A DNA stretch of 64,000 nt from Octopus sinensis (GCF_006345805.1 NC_043006.1:102672001-102736000), one strand, 5' to 3'. Shown: positions 1 to 13,847, counted from the first letter of the stretch. Translations and numbers: made by a program. Notes: generated by a model not told the origin, from the sequence alone.

Positions 1-348
1 CGTATGTATGTTTATAGTATACGCGCATAGACAAACGTTTCTTATCCACACGTTTCTCTCAATACACGCATTATGGGCATGTGCATAGAATCTCACACAC
101 AGACGTGTTAGAAAGCGGGTACATTCTATAAAAATTTAAAAGTAAAAGCAGAATTACTTGAAATCAAATGTCATTGGGTGTTAATTTTTCTTTAATTTTT
201 CTTTCTGGTTATGTGAAGTCTTTCTTTTATATTTAACCTCTTTTATATTCCAATTCACTTTGCCCGCAATTACTCTTGAAACATTTATTCATTTCATAAA
301 TATTATTTTATACCGTCTGCTCATATATAACTCTTCTTACTGTTTATA

Positions 349-549
349 TATGTGTGTGCGTGTGTGTGTGTTGTGTGTGTGTGTGTTGTGTGTGTGTGTG
401 CGTGTGTGAGGTGAGTGAAAATATAAAATAAAAAAGATATCACCGTATAGGTTTTGATCGATAATGTTTTACTTCTCTTTTCATTTAATTGAATTTCGTC
501 AGCAGCTGCTAACTTTATAGCATTAAAAAGCATATATTATATATATATA

Positions 550-589
<40 letters not shown>

Positions 590-1064
590 TATAACTATAC
601 ATATATATCATATATATATATATATATAAAAATATATATACACATATATATACATATATATATATATACATATATACATATATATATATACTATATATAT
701 ACATATATGTATATATATATATATATATATTATATATCATATATATATACATAATATATAGTACATACACACAACATACATACTGCATGCATACATACAC
801 ACACACACACACACACAACACACCACAATATATATATATAATGTAGTTCTTTACATTACTAGTTATTTATCTTCTTTCATTCAAAATCTTATTCAAAGTT
901 TTAGTCGTATTAGTATTGATAGTAGTAGTATTCGTAGTAGCAGTAGTGATAATAATGATAATAATAATGATGATGATGATGTCGATAATAATAATAGTAA
1001 TGATGATGATGATGATGATGATAATGGTGAGAATGATGATGATGATGATAATAACAACAACCAC

Positions 1065-1105
<41 letters not shown>
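349..1105. repeat. Compound microsatellite block (TG)n, (TA)n, (CA)n, (GAT/AAT)n
   Basis: Direct simple repeats; the overlapping ORFs are repeat translations. Confidence 0.95.
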
Positions 1106-1106
<1 letters not shown>

Positions 1107-1803
1107 GATTTCTGGCCAATTTCCTTTTATCTCTAATATCTAAAATAAATAAAAATACGAAAATAAACATACAAGCTATTTTGTAAATATATTCTCAAGA
1201 AACATATCTGATATCTATTATATATATTTTTTAATGGAAATATTAAGATTTAAAAGATTATGCTTTTGTTACTTGGCATTTTCTTTTTACAAAATCCGTG
1301 TATTGCTAGACTGTTACTTCATGTAAAGACGTTAGTCGCTGTTTATTACAATGGCTGCCGTCCAGTCCTATCGCTATGGTTTCTGTATAGTTTAAGCCAG
1401 GAAGGAAGTTTTGCCGTTATAAATGTTGGTATATTTGACTCATAAGTGCAAATACGCTACAAAACTTGCATCTTGTTTTCTATATGTCTTTCTACTCATT
1501 CCCCACTCCTCTTTATAGCTTGTTAGCTATTTCTTTTTCGATATAGCTTCCCAACAACATTCCTCGTCCACTCTTTCCTTTCATATTTTTCTAGTAAAAC
1601 TTTTCTTATAATATTATAACATTATATATGTATATTTCTATTTATCTCTCCGCCTATCGTTAACACAAACACATAACTCTGTATGTATGTATGTGTGTAT
1701 GTGTCAGTATGTATGTATGTACGTATGTACGTAAGTAAGTACGTATGTACGTACATATGTCTGTATGTATGAATGAATGTGCGTATGTATATGCATGTAA
1801 GTA

Positions 1804-1869
<66 letters not shown>

Positions 1870-2781
1870 CCCCCCCTCTCTCTCTCTCTCGCTCTCTCTA
1901 TCTATCTATCTATCTATCTATCTAACATGTTTACAAGAAGAGCGGTAACGCTGACTTCGAAGTATTGAGTAATTCTCCAATTTAATATCAAATTGTTATT
2001 GTAACACGACATAGAATCAAACATTAAATACATACATACATACATGCATACATACATACGTACATACAGATATAAGTATACATATCTGCATGTATGTGTA
2101 GTTGTATATAAAACAAACATTATTTGAAGGATCGCTCAATACATGTAAATAGAGAAACACGCTTGCGATTGTGAAAGGTCGAAAGTGACTTCGAAGTTTG
2201 GAAGTGTGATTGCTGGCTTCATTAGACAGTAGGGGTTGGTGTAGTAGGTCCATAAATGGCGCAGGAATCAACGACACACGCTAGAAGTAATGGGAGGAGT
2301 AATGTGATCTAAGTTTAGCCCACATAAATTAACTGAAATTCACACACGTTCGTGCAAACATACACGTACACATATACATTCATAAACTCGCAGGTAGTTT
2401 ATTTTTATTTTTTATTCTCATAACAACTTCAGACACTGGATTGCAGCCTTGCTGGAGTACTATTTTGAAGTGTTTAGCCTAAAAATACACCCAGTACTTA
2501 TTTTAAACGCGGTACTTATTCTTTCGTCCACTTTTGCTAAAGCACGGGATTAGGGAGCGTAAGCAACACAAGACCATTTACCAAGTAGTGTACAGATGTG
2601 CGCGCTTGCATGTGTGAATACTACAAGTGATAAGTTTCTTGCCGCGATCGCTGGCTTCGCTAACAACCCTTCTACCATCTAGTTTAAACATTCATTTATT
2701 TCTTTTTCAACCGGGGTTCCGCGAGAAGAGATAAGCTAATGCTAATTTATTTCAATGTATATATATATATATTTATATGTA

Positions 2782-2836
<55 letters not shown>

Positions 2837-2858
2837 ATATATATATATATATATAATA

Positions 2859-2892
<34 letters not shown>

Positions 2893-2904
2893 CTTATATA
2901 TATA

Positions 2905-3036
2905 CTTTATTTTAAGCAGCAGAAAATTCAACAAAATCTGTTACTCTGAGTTTCTCGTTGCCGTTCAGTCTGATGAACGGCAACGAGAAACTCAGAGTAA
3001 CAGATTTTGTTGAATTTTCTGCTGCTTAAAATAAAG
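2905..3036. repeat. Perfect fold-back palindrome (63-bp arms, 6-bp spacer), Penelope pLTR-like, with hammerhead core
   Basis: 2905-2967 is the reverse complement of 2974-3036. CTGATGA at 2970-2976, GAAA at 2987-2990, GTA at 2997-2999. Confidence 0.85.
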
Positions 3037-3129
3037 CATATTACTCTACCACTGGTATTTGAGTACTCTTTTTTCCACCTTGTTTCACATTTATGTGTTT
3101 ACTCCGGTATATATATATATAATATAATT

Positions 3130-3267
3130 TGATATTTACCACGTGAACTACGATGAAAAAATATGAGAAAGATATGGTACATAATTTTTTTTGTGCAGGG
3201 GTTCCTCGAGATATGTAATTTATTTTAAGGATACGTAAGGGTAAAAAGGTTGAGAAACACTGCTGTA
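3130..3267. mobile_element. hAT/Charlie-type MITE end fragment
   Basis: GGTTGAGAAACACTG near 3248-3262 resembles the Charlie-type TIR (CAGTGGTTCTCAACC, reversed). Only one end found. Confidence 0.45.
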
Positions 3268-3598
3268 GACCCTTTTTCCATTTCCTCATCTGGGGTCCAC
3301 CCTCCCCTAAATTCTTTCCCTCGCTTTTCCATATCGGTTTTCCTTTTTCAACCACTCCATTTCTACTCATAAGAAACAGCTAATTCGCGGGGCCGTTCCT
3401 AATGTATCCAAGTTCTTACGGAATAAGTTAGAAGGAAAAGTTTTCTCGTTCTTCGAAGAAGGAATTTGTCAGAAACGACAGTTAACTCTTACTGGAGTAT
3501 GAACTCAAAGTACTTTATACTTTAATAGTAAATATAATATTTGCCGATGGAGACCACTGTTAGCTTGGATTCTGATTTTTAACCATACATACATACAT

Positions 3599-3999
3599 GA
3601 GTGACTGCGTGGTAAGTAGCTTGCTTACCAACCACATGGTTCCGGGTTCAGTCCTGCTGCGTGGCACCTTGGGCAAGTGTTTTCTACTATAGCCTCGGGC
3701 AGACTAAAGCCTTGTGAGTGGATTTGGTTGACGGAAACTGAAAGAAGCCCGTCGTATATATGTATATATTTATATATATGTATGTGCGTGTATAAGTTTG
3801 TGTGTGTGTGTTTGTCCCCCCAACATCGCTTGACAACCGATGCTGGTGTGTTTACGTTCGGCAAAAGAGACCGATAGAATAAGTACTAGGCATACAAAGA
3901 ATACGTTCTGGGGTCGATTTTCTCGACCTAAGGCGGTGCTCCAGCATGGCCACAGTCACATGACTGTAACAATTAAAAGAGACTAAAGAGTAAAGAGTA
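3599..3999 (+). mobile_element. tRNA-derived SINE, family B
   Basis: A/B-box-like head (GTGGTAAG...GGTTCAGTCC) and conserved body GGCAAGTGTTTTCTACTATAGCC...GACGGAAACTGAAAGAAGCCCGTCG; matches the copies at 41.1, 47.0 and 58.4 kb. Confidence 0.85.
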
Positions 4000-4400
4000 C
4001 ACATACAGAGATACAGGCAGACAGGCAGACACAGATATATAGATACGTACGTATATACATACATACATATACACGAAAGTATGCATACATACATACACAC
4101 ACTCAAATATGCACATACAAATACATGCATATATATAATATATCAAAAGGATGTGTTATAATACTATTCCACAACTATACCAACAATCCAACATACCACC
4201 CTATATATATATATATATATATATAAAAATATATATGTATGTATATATGTGTGTGTGTGTGGATATATGCATATTCATATCTATCAATCTATACATATAC
4301 TATACATATATACACACATATATCTATATGGATGTATGTATTTATGTATCTGTCTATGTATGTATATACACACACACACATATATGCATACGTATATACA

Positions 4401-4434
<34 letters not shown>

Positions 4435-4483
4435 CATACATATATATATACTTTATTTAAAGCAGCAGAAAATTTAACAAAAC

Positions 4484-4521
4484 CTGTTACTCTGAGTTTC
4501 CCGTTGCCGTTCGTCGGACAG
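4484..4521 (-). ncRNA. Minimal type I hammerhead motif, core variant CCGACGA
   Basis: Minus strand reads CTGT-CCGACGA-ACG GCAA CGG-GAAA-CTCAGA-GTA-ACAG; same family as 2970-3003. Confidence 0.6.
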
Positions 4522-4526
4522 TTTTT

Positions 4527-4580
<54 letters not shown>

Positions 4581-5055
4581 CAAAGCACAGTATTGACATT
4601 TAATATTAAATCACTAGTACTACACGTTACCCTAAACGTATAATGTTGCTCCGCCAATTATAAGGTAGAGAAAACGAAAATGACTTTCTTAATGTATCGA
4701 AGCGATAAATTTTTCAAGTAAACGCCATTTTTATTTCTATAAAATGGCGACTTGCTTTTTTCTGGTTCTTTTGTTTTGTTTTAAATTATGAAAAGTAATA
4801 GATACTTTGTCTGTTTTGATAAAGGTAACTCACTTATTCTATCATCGCCATTTTATGATTGGACAACTATCGTCTATTCTATTAGATAAAAATTGAAGGA
4901 AATAAAATAAATCTACCTCAACTTACTGTATGTAAACGTTAAGGACGTTTTTATATCTGTTTTATTCCAGTTATATTCTACTCAAAATGACTATAAAATT
5001 GTGAAAGTTTTAGGAGGAAAGACAGAGGGTAAGCAATGTCAACATGATGGTAGTA

Positions 5056-5092
<37 letters not shown>

Positions 5093-5116
5093 TAATAATA
5101 ATAATAATAATAGTAG

Positions 5117-5199
<83 letters not shown>

Positions 5200-5307
5200 T
5201 AATAATAATGATTATGATAATGATAATAATAATAATAATAATATTAATAATAATAATAATAATAATAATATATAATAATAATAATAATAATAATGATTAT
5301 GATAATG

Positions 5308-5340
<33 letters not shown>

Positions 5341-5390
5341 TTAATAATAATAATAATGATAATAATAATAATAATAATAACAATGATGGC

Positions 5391-5580
5391 TTCAAATTTT
5401 GGCACAAGGCCAGAAATTTATGGGAGGGTTTCAGTCGATTAAATTGACCTCAGTGCTCAACTGGTACTTATTTTATCGCACGCGAAAGATGAAAGTCAAA
5501 GTCGACCTCGGCGACATTTGAACCCAAAATGTAAAACCTTTCATTTTGCCCAGCGCGGTAACGAATCTACTAGCTCACTG
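5391..5580 (-). mobile_element. tRNA-derived SINE, family A (degenerate)
   Basis: Reverse copy of the GAGTTCAAAT...GTCGACTTT...AAGTACCAGTTGAGCACTG core. Confidence 0.75.
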
Positions 5581-5585
5581 ACTCA

Positions 5586-5644
<59 letters not shown>

Positions 5645-5662
5645 CATAATAATAATAATAAT

Positions 5663-5729
<67 letters not shown>

Positions 5730-6270
5730 GTGGTCTGATACAGTATCAGGTACTGGCTCTCATTGCTTTTAATCTTAACTGATTGGAGGTGCTATGTTGT
5801 AATGTTTTCTTTAGGTATAAAAGATGGGCTACAGCAAATATTCTGCTTAATATCACAGATTTACTTGTCAGTTGTTTGACCGTAACCAGTTGAGCACGTC
5901 TCTTAGTGATTGACGATATCTCTAATCACGAGCAGGAGTAGTGGGGAAGCACTATAGCCACGTGTGAGAGAAATTCTTTGGGGTTTGAATAATTCACCAA
6001 TGGTAATATGGGTGTTTCGTTTATCATTCTTAAACAACCCTCATTCAGGGATCTTTTGAGCGGGATAGGCTACTCAACCTGAAGAAAATTCTAAGTGGGC
6101 CCACCTGCAAGATCATGCGCTGTTTATCTTGATATAAGGTCACCATGTCGCGCATATATGTTGTTGTGCCTGGTGTACCCTTATTAGACGGGTTATCATG
6201 ATGGGCATACTGGGTTTCGTATATTTGTACCTCAGTGTCACTTTGATAGCATGCGTTGCTCTCTCATTCA
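5730..6270. mobile_element. ~545-bp non-coding interspersed element embedded in (AAT)n, copy 1
   Basis: Colinear similarity to 22684-23247 and 26109-26654; AAT repeats on both flanks. Confidence 0.85.
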
Positions 6271-6319
6271 ATAATAATAACAATGTTTCGAGCAATAAAT
6301 TCATAGACAATTACTCACT

Positions 6320-6600
6320 TAAGGTATGGAGTAGGAGTAATACGACAGCGAACAGGAGAACTAAAATCCTTGGATATAAAAAGAACAAGGAAACTGCTGG
6401 CAATACACAGTGCGTTGCAAAAGGAAAGTGACATTGATAGGTTACACCTTGGAAGAAAGAAAGGAGAGCGGGGATTGATAAGTTGTTAGGATAGTATTGA
6501 GACAGAGGAAAACAATATTGTTTGGTATAAAAAGGATGCAAAGAATGAATACTTGTACAAGTAAGGAAAGTATGTCTATTACACAGGGAAATAGTCAGAA
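6320..6600 (+). mobile_element. R4/Dong-like LINE remnant (region C-terminal to RT)
   Basis: Frameshifted translation GELKSLDIK.TRKLLAIHSALQKESDIDRLHLGRKKGERGLIS matches the R4-clade HPKSDxxRLYLPRxEGGRGL motif. Confidence 0.75.
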
Positions 6601-6811
6601 CAAGATAAATTACAAAACAAAGACAGAAATGAAGAGGGGAAAACAACTGGAACGACAAGAAGATACACGGTTAGTTCTTTAGAGAGATATCAAGGGACAC
6701 AGACCCGGGTAAAAGATGTTTGTGGAAAAGAAAAAACTAAAGCAGAGGCCTTGAAACGTGCGGCACAGGAACAAGTATTGAGAACTAACTAACTATATCA
6801 AGCATGATATT

Positions 6812-7021
6812 CTTTTCTACTCTAGGCACAAGCCCGAAATTTTTGTGGGGGGAGCTAGTCGATTAGATCGACCCAGTACACAACTGGTACTTAATTCATC
6901 GACCCAGAAAGGATGAAAGCAAAGTCGACCTCGGCGGAATTTGAACTCAGAACGTAAAGACAGACGAAATACCGCTAAGCATTTCGCCCAGCGTGCTAAC
7001 CTTTTTGCCAGCTCGCCGCCT
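6812..7021 (-). mobile_element. SINE family A, full length, 16-bp TSD
   Basis: A- and B-box on minus strand; TATCAAGCATGATATT at 6796-6811 and 7022-7037. Confidence 0.92.
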
Positions 7022-7529
7022 TATCAAGCATGATATTCACCAATCAGCCGAACGTGTGGTGAAACTGGAGAGGCAGTGTAGGATATTTTAAGCGAAAGCT
7101 CCAACTTAACCCAGAAAGAATACAAGAGAAGTTATGACAAGAGTTCCTTCAGTTTGCTTGCATAAAAGTACACATTTTATGCGTGTATGTGGGTGTGTAT
7201 TATATTAGAAAATCTAATAGAAAGTGTGTATATAATAGAAAGTGTGTATATGTAATGGGAACAAAAATGTGATATTATTTAATTTAAAAAAGATAAAGGA
7301 AAGGCTTCTTTCAGTTTACTTGCATACAAATACACATTTCATGTGAGTGCATGTCTCCAACCAAAATCTTTTGTGAGGATTTTGGTTGGAGACTTTTAGA
7401 TAATTTCTAGAGTATTTGTTTAATGTGAAAGTGTAAAGCTGTAAGAGCGATTTCTATATTTTATATTATGGGGATGACTTATAGTGTATGTAGATGGAAG
7501 GGATTTGATGTGATAGCGACAAGTCTAGC

Positions 7530-8640
7530 CGTTAGAAAAAAGATTATTGGTTTAAAGAGTTTTAGCGTTTTTAAGATTTTGTGCTTCCATGAAGGGATCA
7601 GTTTGGAGTTTCGGTTCAGGATTATGTTAATGAATATTAGAATAGGGTGGGATTCATTTGTACAAAGTCGACAGGGTTTGTTATTACTTCTGTAGGGATG
7701 TGCGCGTGAGAGTATTTTCCACTTGATGCTAAACGGAGTGTTTTTTAAAATTTTTATTTCTGTAAATGTTCGAACAGCGACGCATCGTTTTTCCTGGTTG
7801 GGTTGCGGAACGTGTACGTCTGTTGGTTGTATCTTGTTTTGAACTAGCTTGCTGTTGATCCTATGTATGTAGATATAGAAGTTGATGCCATGTTTGTGGT
7901 TACCATTGCAAAATATTCGATATTTTTTGAGAGACAGTTTCATTGTATTGGGCCGGATGAATGCGTTCAACAAATGTAATTGTTATTGCGTGTGTATGGT
8001 TAAGGTTTTCAATTTTAGAAAGTTTTAGACAAGTTGTAGCTAGCTACAAGTTTCTCAAAGTTGTCAGTTCTAGAGTATGACAATTTAACGCTGTGTTTGT
8101 TTATTAGTTTCTAATACTTGTGTTTGGAGTGGAAGTGTTTCTGCAGTATTTTGAAAAATAATTTAGCTATTGGTGTGAAGAGCTGCATGTTAAAGAGGGG
8201 GGTGATTATATTTGATTTTTTTTCTTTTTCTATTCTTAAGTATTTTATTTATTGTGGGAGGATAGATGTTTATATATTGCAATTTTTCCAAGTAGCTGCT
8301 ATTAGTGAGAGTTCCGTTATATGGAGTTACTGCTTCGTTTAGTATTTTTTCATTTGAAGATAGAGGAAAGTCTGAGAGATACGTTTTTTTGTTGTTTTTA
8401 TAATACTTTTCGGGTGGCTGGATTGTTTATGTATATATTGAACATTTTCGTTATGTTTCTTGTATGGTTTACTGATACTTGATTCCAGGTCAATCTAGGA
8501 ATTTGACTGATTTTAGTTATGTTTCTACTGTGATTAGGAAACCGAAGCATTTGAAGAAATGATTTAGATCTTTCCTAATTTATCAGATTTTTGTGGGTTG
8601 TATTTTCTCTGTAGGAATAGACCGTCGTCCATATGTAGAC
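7530..8640 (-). mobile_element. Penelope-like retroelement remnant (RT C-terminus, thumb, GIY-YIG endonuclease)
   Basis: Broken reading gives GLHMDDGLF, KFLD, KILQKHF...VKLSYS and FSIKWKILSRAHPYRSNNKPCRLCTNE...LNRNSKLI; many stops and frameshifts. Confidence 0.85.
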
Positions 8641-8942
8641 CACTTTCACACCTTGTGCCTACATAACAAAAGTGAAACTCCTATAGGATTGTTTACAAAT
8701 TTATACATGCATGAGCAAATTCTAAATAGTAACATGACTTCAAATTTAACCAGTTAATACATTTCCAACCCACCTCTCCATAATTACCAGCCACGAAACC
8801 TAATTATCCCTTACTCAAACTCACACACTCGATGAAGATTTTAACTCGAGAGAGACTATATAAAGGCAAGACTAATTCTAATGCATCGCCGTCCAACAGT
8901 TGGTTAGCTAGCCGAAAGTTTGAAGTCACTGTCAACAAGGCA

Positions 8943-8979
<37 letters not shown>

Positions 8980-9614
8980 ACACACACACATGCATACACA
9001 CACAAACTGTAGCTGGTGAACAGTATACGGTTATCAAATCTGTTGCGTACTGATTCCGAGTTAATACTAGGTTTCGCTGTCATTTTTCCTTAAAGGACTA
9101 TACTCTAGAAATCGTAAGATTGACAAACTAACCATTAATCTTTTCTTTTCTAAGTTGTCATTTCTGCATGTTGGATTCTTAGAAGTTACAGGAAGATATC
9201 GTTGGTTTGAAGAGGGAGGGCACAGGTAGCTAATCGAAAGAGAATTGATTGTATGTACAGCATGTTACCAAAAGGACGCGAACAAAAGTAAACAGGAATT
9301 AATGTGCGAGCAGTTCCTGTTATCAGTTTCAACATCTTTATGCATTATGAGTCCAAACGATGATTTTAAGTCGCTGAATGCGATCCATACTTATGATACG
9401 ACTTATGTTTAGATTAATGCTTTTCTATTTTCCTCGCATGCTGGCAAGATGGATCACAACTAATTAGAACATTCATTCGGAAATGTTTCCGAAAACAAAT
9501 ATTTTTATGGCAATCGAAATTTAAGCAAGAATGATTTTTTTCGATTTGAAGATTGCCTAAGTTTTCAGTTGCAAAAGTTAAACTGATAAAGGATCTGTTT
9601 AAAATGAGAGAAGA

Positions 9615-10140
9615 GTGTAAAACGGAAATACGAACAAGAAACTCGAGTTTTCAGCAAACATAAGGAGAACAGATCTGAGTTTACTGTTAATAGTGAAATG
9701 GTAGTGGTAGCATGGCTGACATGCAATCATTAGCTAGTTTAAAGCCAGCAATTTTAAATGTCAACATGACAACTGTAAAAAAATTCACATCCGAATTTCT
9801 TTCTGTATCAGAACTGCAAATAAATAAGACGAACTGCTAAAATCTAATTTTGTCACCGAGCAAAATAGCTTGTTCTCTCTTTGTAAGCAAAGTGGTTTTA
9901 CTACAGCAGCTAGCTTTGTAATAACTTTGAATATTGCTTACAGTAACCTTTCTTACAGTCATGGAGAATATTAGTGATGTTATTGCAATTCTTGCTCCAG
10001 AAAACTCAAACCTTCGAGGAGCAATAACAGTTCCTATCTCCCGCAACTGCTACTGTTAGATGCATTTCTGAAATTAGTGCTACAGTCACGTGTTCTCTGC
10101 AAAGTGATTTGCAAAGCAGAGCTCCATTCAGTTTAACGTT
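9615..10140 (+). mobile_element. Decayed hAT (Charlie/SPIN-like) transposase N-terminal fragment
   Basis: KRKYEQETRVF, a LTCN..LA.LKASNFK BED-like segment and TAASFVITLNIA resemble the GTF2IRD2/EPM2AIP1-type hAT N-terminus; heavily disrupted. Confidence 0.5.
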
Positions 10141-10690
10141 CAATTACTCTACAAGATATCCTTCAAATAGTTATATTTATACACTATGTTGTAAAAATAT
10201 TATTGGACTTCATAAACGTAAACAGGAACCGCCAAATATGCTGGCATAAAAATGCAAATGACAAAGTCTTATTAAAATTATCAGTATTTATGACATACCA
10301 CTGAATAAACTTAACGAAACAGACACAACTATGATAAGTCAAAAACTTGACCTAGCTGAGCTCTTGATTCTGTCTTGAGTGTCTATTATTCACAATATCA
10401 CCCATGTAAGCATTTATTTACTAAGCAAAATTTTTCAGTTCAGAAATATAAATTGTTTTAGAAATTGTGAATTTTATTTGGACATGTGTAAAAACCTCTG
10501 TACAGTGAGAAATTTTTTGGAGGAGTTGGACCATAGAGAAAAGTCAAGTGATTTTTTTTATTCTAGTGATTTCTAAGATGGCTACCGACCAGCAGTAATT
10601 GAACACGTTCGTTGCTCTTGACCAGAAACAAACGTAAGAGAATTATTTGCAAGATCACGAAGACGTACAGGATATAATTATATGTATGTA

Positions 10691-10775
<85 letters not shown>

Positions 10776-10778
<3 letters not shown>

Positions 10779-11146
10779 CAGTATCGCCCGGCGTTGCTAG
10801 GGTTTATTTCGACCCTTTAAAACTGGAATTTTTAAAAAGTAAAAATTTTGCATTATGTAGCTTGTTATTCTCTTTAAGTGAACATTTTTCTGGTTGAAAT
10901 ACACCGAAAAATGGTGACACAGCAGTAAAAAAATCGTAACAAATAGGGATTTTCATAGAAAAAAAGCACCATTTTGATGTAAATAATTTTTGGTCTTAAC
11001 ATGGTCCGATTTGAATTTTATCTTCTACAGAATGAAGAACAAGTCTTCTATCATACTTTTAATTTTGGTCAACTTGCGCCGTAGGGTCTCGGAGGAGATA
11101 GTGTTAGTTGAAGGCTACCAAACCTGCCACACACAGACAACTTCAG

Positions 11147-11160
<14 letters not shown>
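10776..11160 (-). mobile_element. Non-autonomous Helitron-like element
   Basis: Shares termini with 18743-19151 (TAGCAGTATCGCCCGGCGTTGCT; CAACTTCA...TATATA); both ends merge into (TA)n. Confidence 0.7.
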
Positions 11161-11189
<29 letters not shown>

Positions 11190-11440
11190 TGTAAAGGCAT
11201 ATAAGAACATAAATTTGTTGCTCTTTCTTCTTTAGAAGTAATAAATATATATGTACGTGTGTATGCATTTGTATGTGCGGCTTTACCCTATGCAAAGTCG
11301 TATATATCAATATTTGAATAGAAGGACACTGTCACATTATTGGATTTCTTGGATGACACAGTATAGTGACGATAATACTAAGCCAACGGGAGTTTGAGTC
11401 CGATGGCATGCTTACTTTTATGCATTTTATATAGTGATTG

Positions 11441-11659
11441 ATTTCAAATTTTGGCACAGGGCCAGCACTTTCGGGGGGAAAAGATAAGTCGATTACGCCG
11501 ACACCAGTGTTCAAGTGGTACATATTTCATCAACTGCGAAAGGTTGAAAGGCAAAGTGAAAGTCAACCTCGGCGGAATTTAAACTCAAAACATGGAGACA
11601 GACGACCCGTTGCTAAACAGTTTGCTCGGCGAGCTAATGACTCTGGCAGCTCGCTGCCT

Positions 11660-11660
<1 letters not shown>
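11441..11660 (-). mobile_element. SINE family A
   Basis: Reverse copy of the family A head and core. Confidence 0.85.
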
Positions 11661-11736
<76 letters not shown>

Positions 11737-12468
11737 CACACACACACACACACACCACACACACACAATATATATATATGATATATATATATATATATAT
11801 CATAGATTAGCAGTAATACTTTGTTTAGATCTAAATGTGTATAATATGTCTCCCTTATTTGTGACTGTCTGGTTTTTATAGTTTTTATATCCTAACCTTC
11901 GTCCAGAATATTCCTTGCTAGTCCTCTGGATATCCAGAGTTCGTTTACCATAACTTATAATATTTTATAAAGCTACACTCTTATTTACACTTCTCTGTTA
12001 CTCGGAATGCATTTTTGAATATTTATCATTGGCCTTAACATTATGATGTAAATCCTTTAATATTTTTATCCCTTGTGGCGGATTAGAATTTGAAAGTAAA
12101 ATCTACGAAAAGGAAGGAAAAACTAATTGAAAATTATAAAGAAAATGAGACGCGGAGAGTAAAAGTGAAAGAGGAAGAGACAGACGGAAAAAGGAAGAGA
12201 TGGAGAGGAAGAGTAAGATAGAAAGAGGATGACAGGTAAGGCAAAAATAAACGATAGACAGAGTAAAGCAAGACGAGAGCTAGAGAGAGAACGAAAGCCA
12301 GAGAGACTCGTTGCAAAGCTATTAATTCTTGAATTGATTTTGGGAAAAATGAAGAATTTGTATGATAAGGTGTCAAATTAGAAATTATATTTTTAAATTA
12401 ATGCTATGTTATAGGAAATCGAAGATTCGATGATAATGAGATCTCGATTATGTGTGACAATTTAACTT

Positions 12469-12815
12469 GTATGTATGTATGTATGTATGTATGTATGTAT
12501 GTATGTATGTATGTATGTATTTATGCATGTCTGTCTGTCTGTCTGTATGTATGTATGTATGCATGTATGTATGTATGTATGCATGCATGTATGTATGCAT
12601 GTATGTATGTATTTATGTATGTATGTATGTATGTATGTATGTATGTATGTATAAATATGTATGTATAAATATGCATGTATATGCGTGTGTATTTGTGTCT
12701 GGGTGTGTCCGTCTGTGTATATATTTATACACACACACTCACATATATATATTATGTAAATCAATAAGTCATATTATTTACCATATTTTGCTTACTAAAC
12801 GAAATATATAATATG

Positions 12816-12855
<40 letters not shown>

Positions 12856-12946
12856 AATATATATATATATATATATATGTATATCAGTTGTGTATGTCTA
12901 TAATATATATATATATATATATCAGTTGTGTATGTCTGTATGTCTG

Positions 12947-12988
<42 letters not shown>

Positions 12989-13445
12989 ATATATAATATA
13001 TATATATATAAAATAAGCTGTTTGTGGTGTGTATGTATATATATCTATATACACATTCGCATACACACACGTATATCTACATATATTATTGTCATAGTAA
13101 GCAAAATATAAGGTATAATAAACATAATGAGGTATTGATTTCTTGTTCTCAGATATAAGTCATGATACACACACACCACCACACACACACACACATATAT
13201 ACATACACACATACATGCATACATACATACATACATACACACACACATACATACATACATACACACATACATACACACATACATACATACACACATACAT
13301 ACGTACATACATACATACATACATACACACATACATACATACACACATACATACATACACACATACATACATACACACATACATACATACGTACATACAT
13401 ACATACATACATACATACATACATACATACATACATACATACATA
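12469..13445. repeat. (TATG)n / (TA)n / (CATA)n microsatellite cluster
   Basis: Direct simple repeats. Confidence 0.95.
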
Positions 13446-13847
13446 CTAAACAATGGCAAGTTGGAAAACAGTTGCTGTTTCTATGCGGAACATGTAGATA
13501 TAATAGTTAACATATTAAATAACCATTGATAGTTTGGGGTTCTGACATTTAACTCATCCTAAGTTACGTTCAATGTAACTTAATGAAATACATCAATAAC
13601 TGAGTTTTTTGAATGCATACATGAGGATGTTGAATCTATAACTGCATATTATATGTGTATTAAATACGTACACACACATACATATATACACCCAGATGCA
13701 GATACGGGTGAGTAGTCAAATTATAGTAAATGGTACTCAGTTTACTTGGCTGAAACTATTATACTTATATTTTTCGCCAACAGTTTGATTTTAAGTTTAT
13801 ATGAAGTAATAATTTTTGGTGTGATGATAGAGAGAGACTCTTCTTCA

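Noticed and set aside
2017-2277. 86-aa minus-strand ORF as a host exon
   Set aside because: No recognisable domain and no convincing splice donor.
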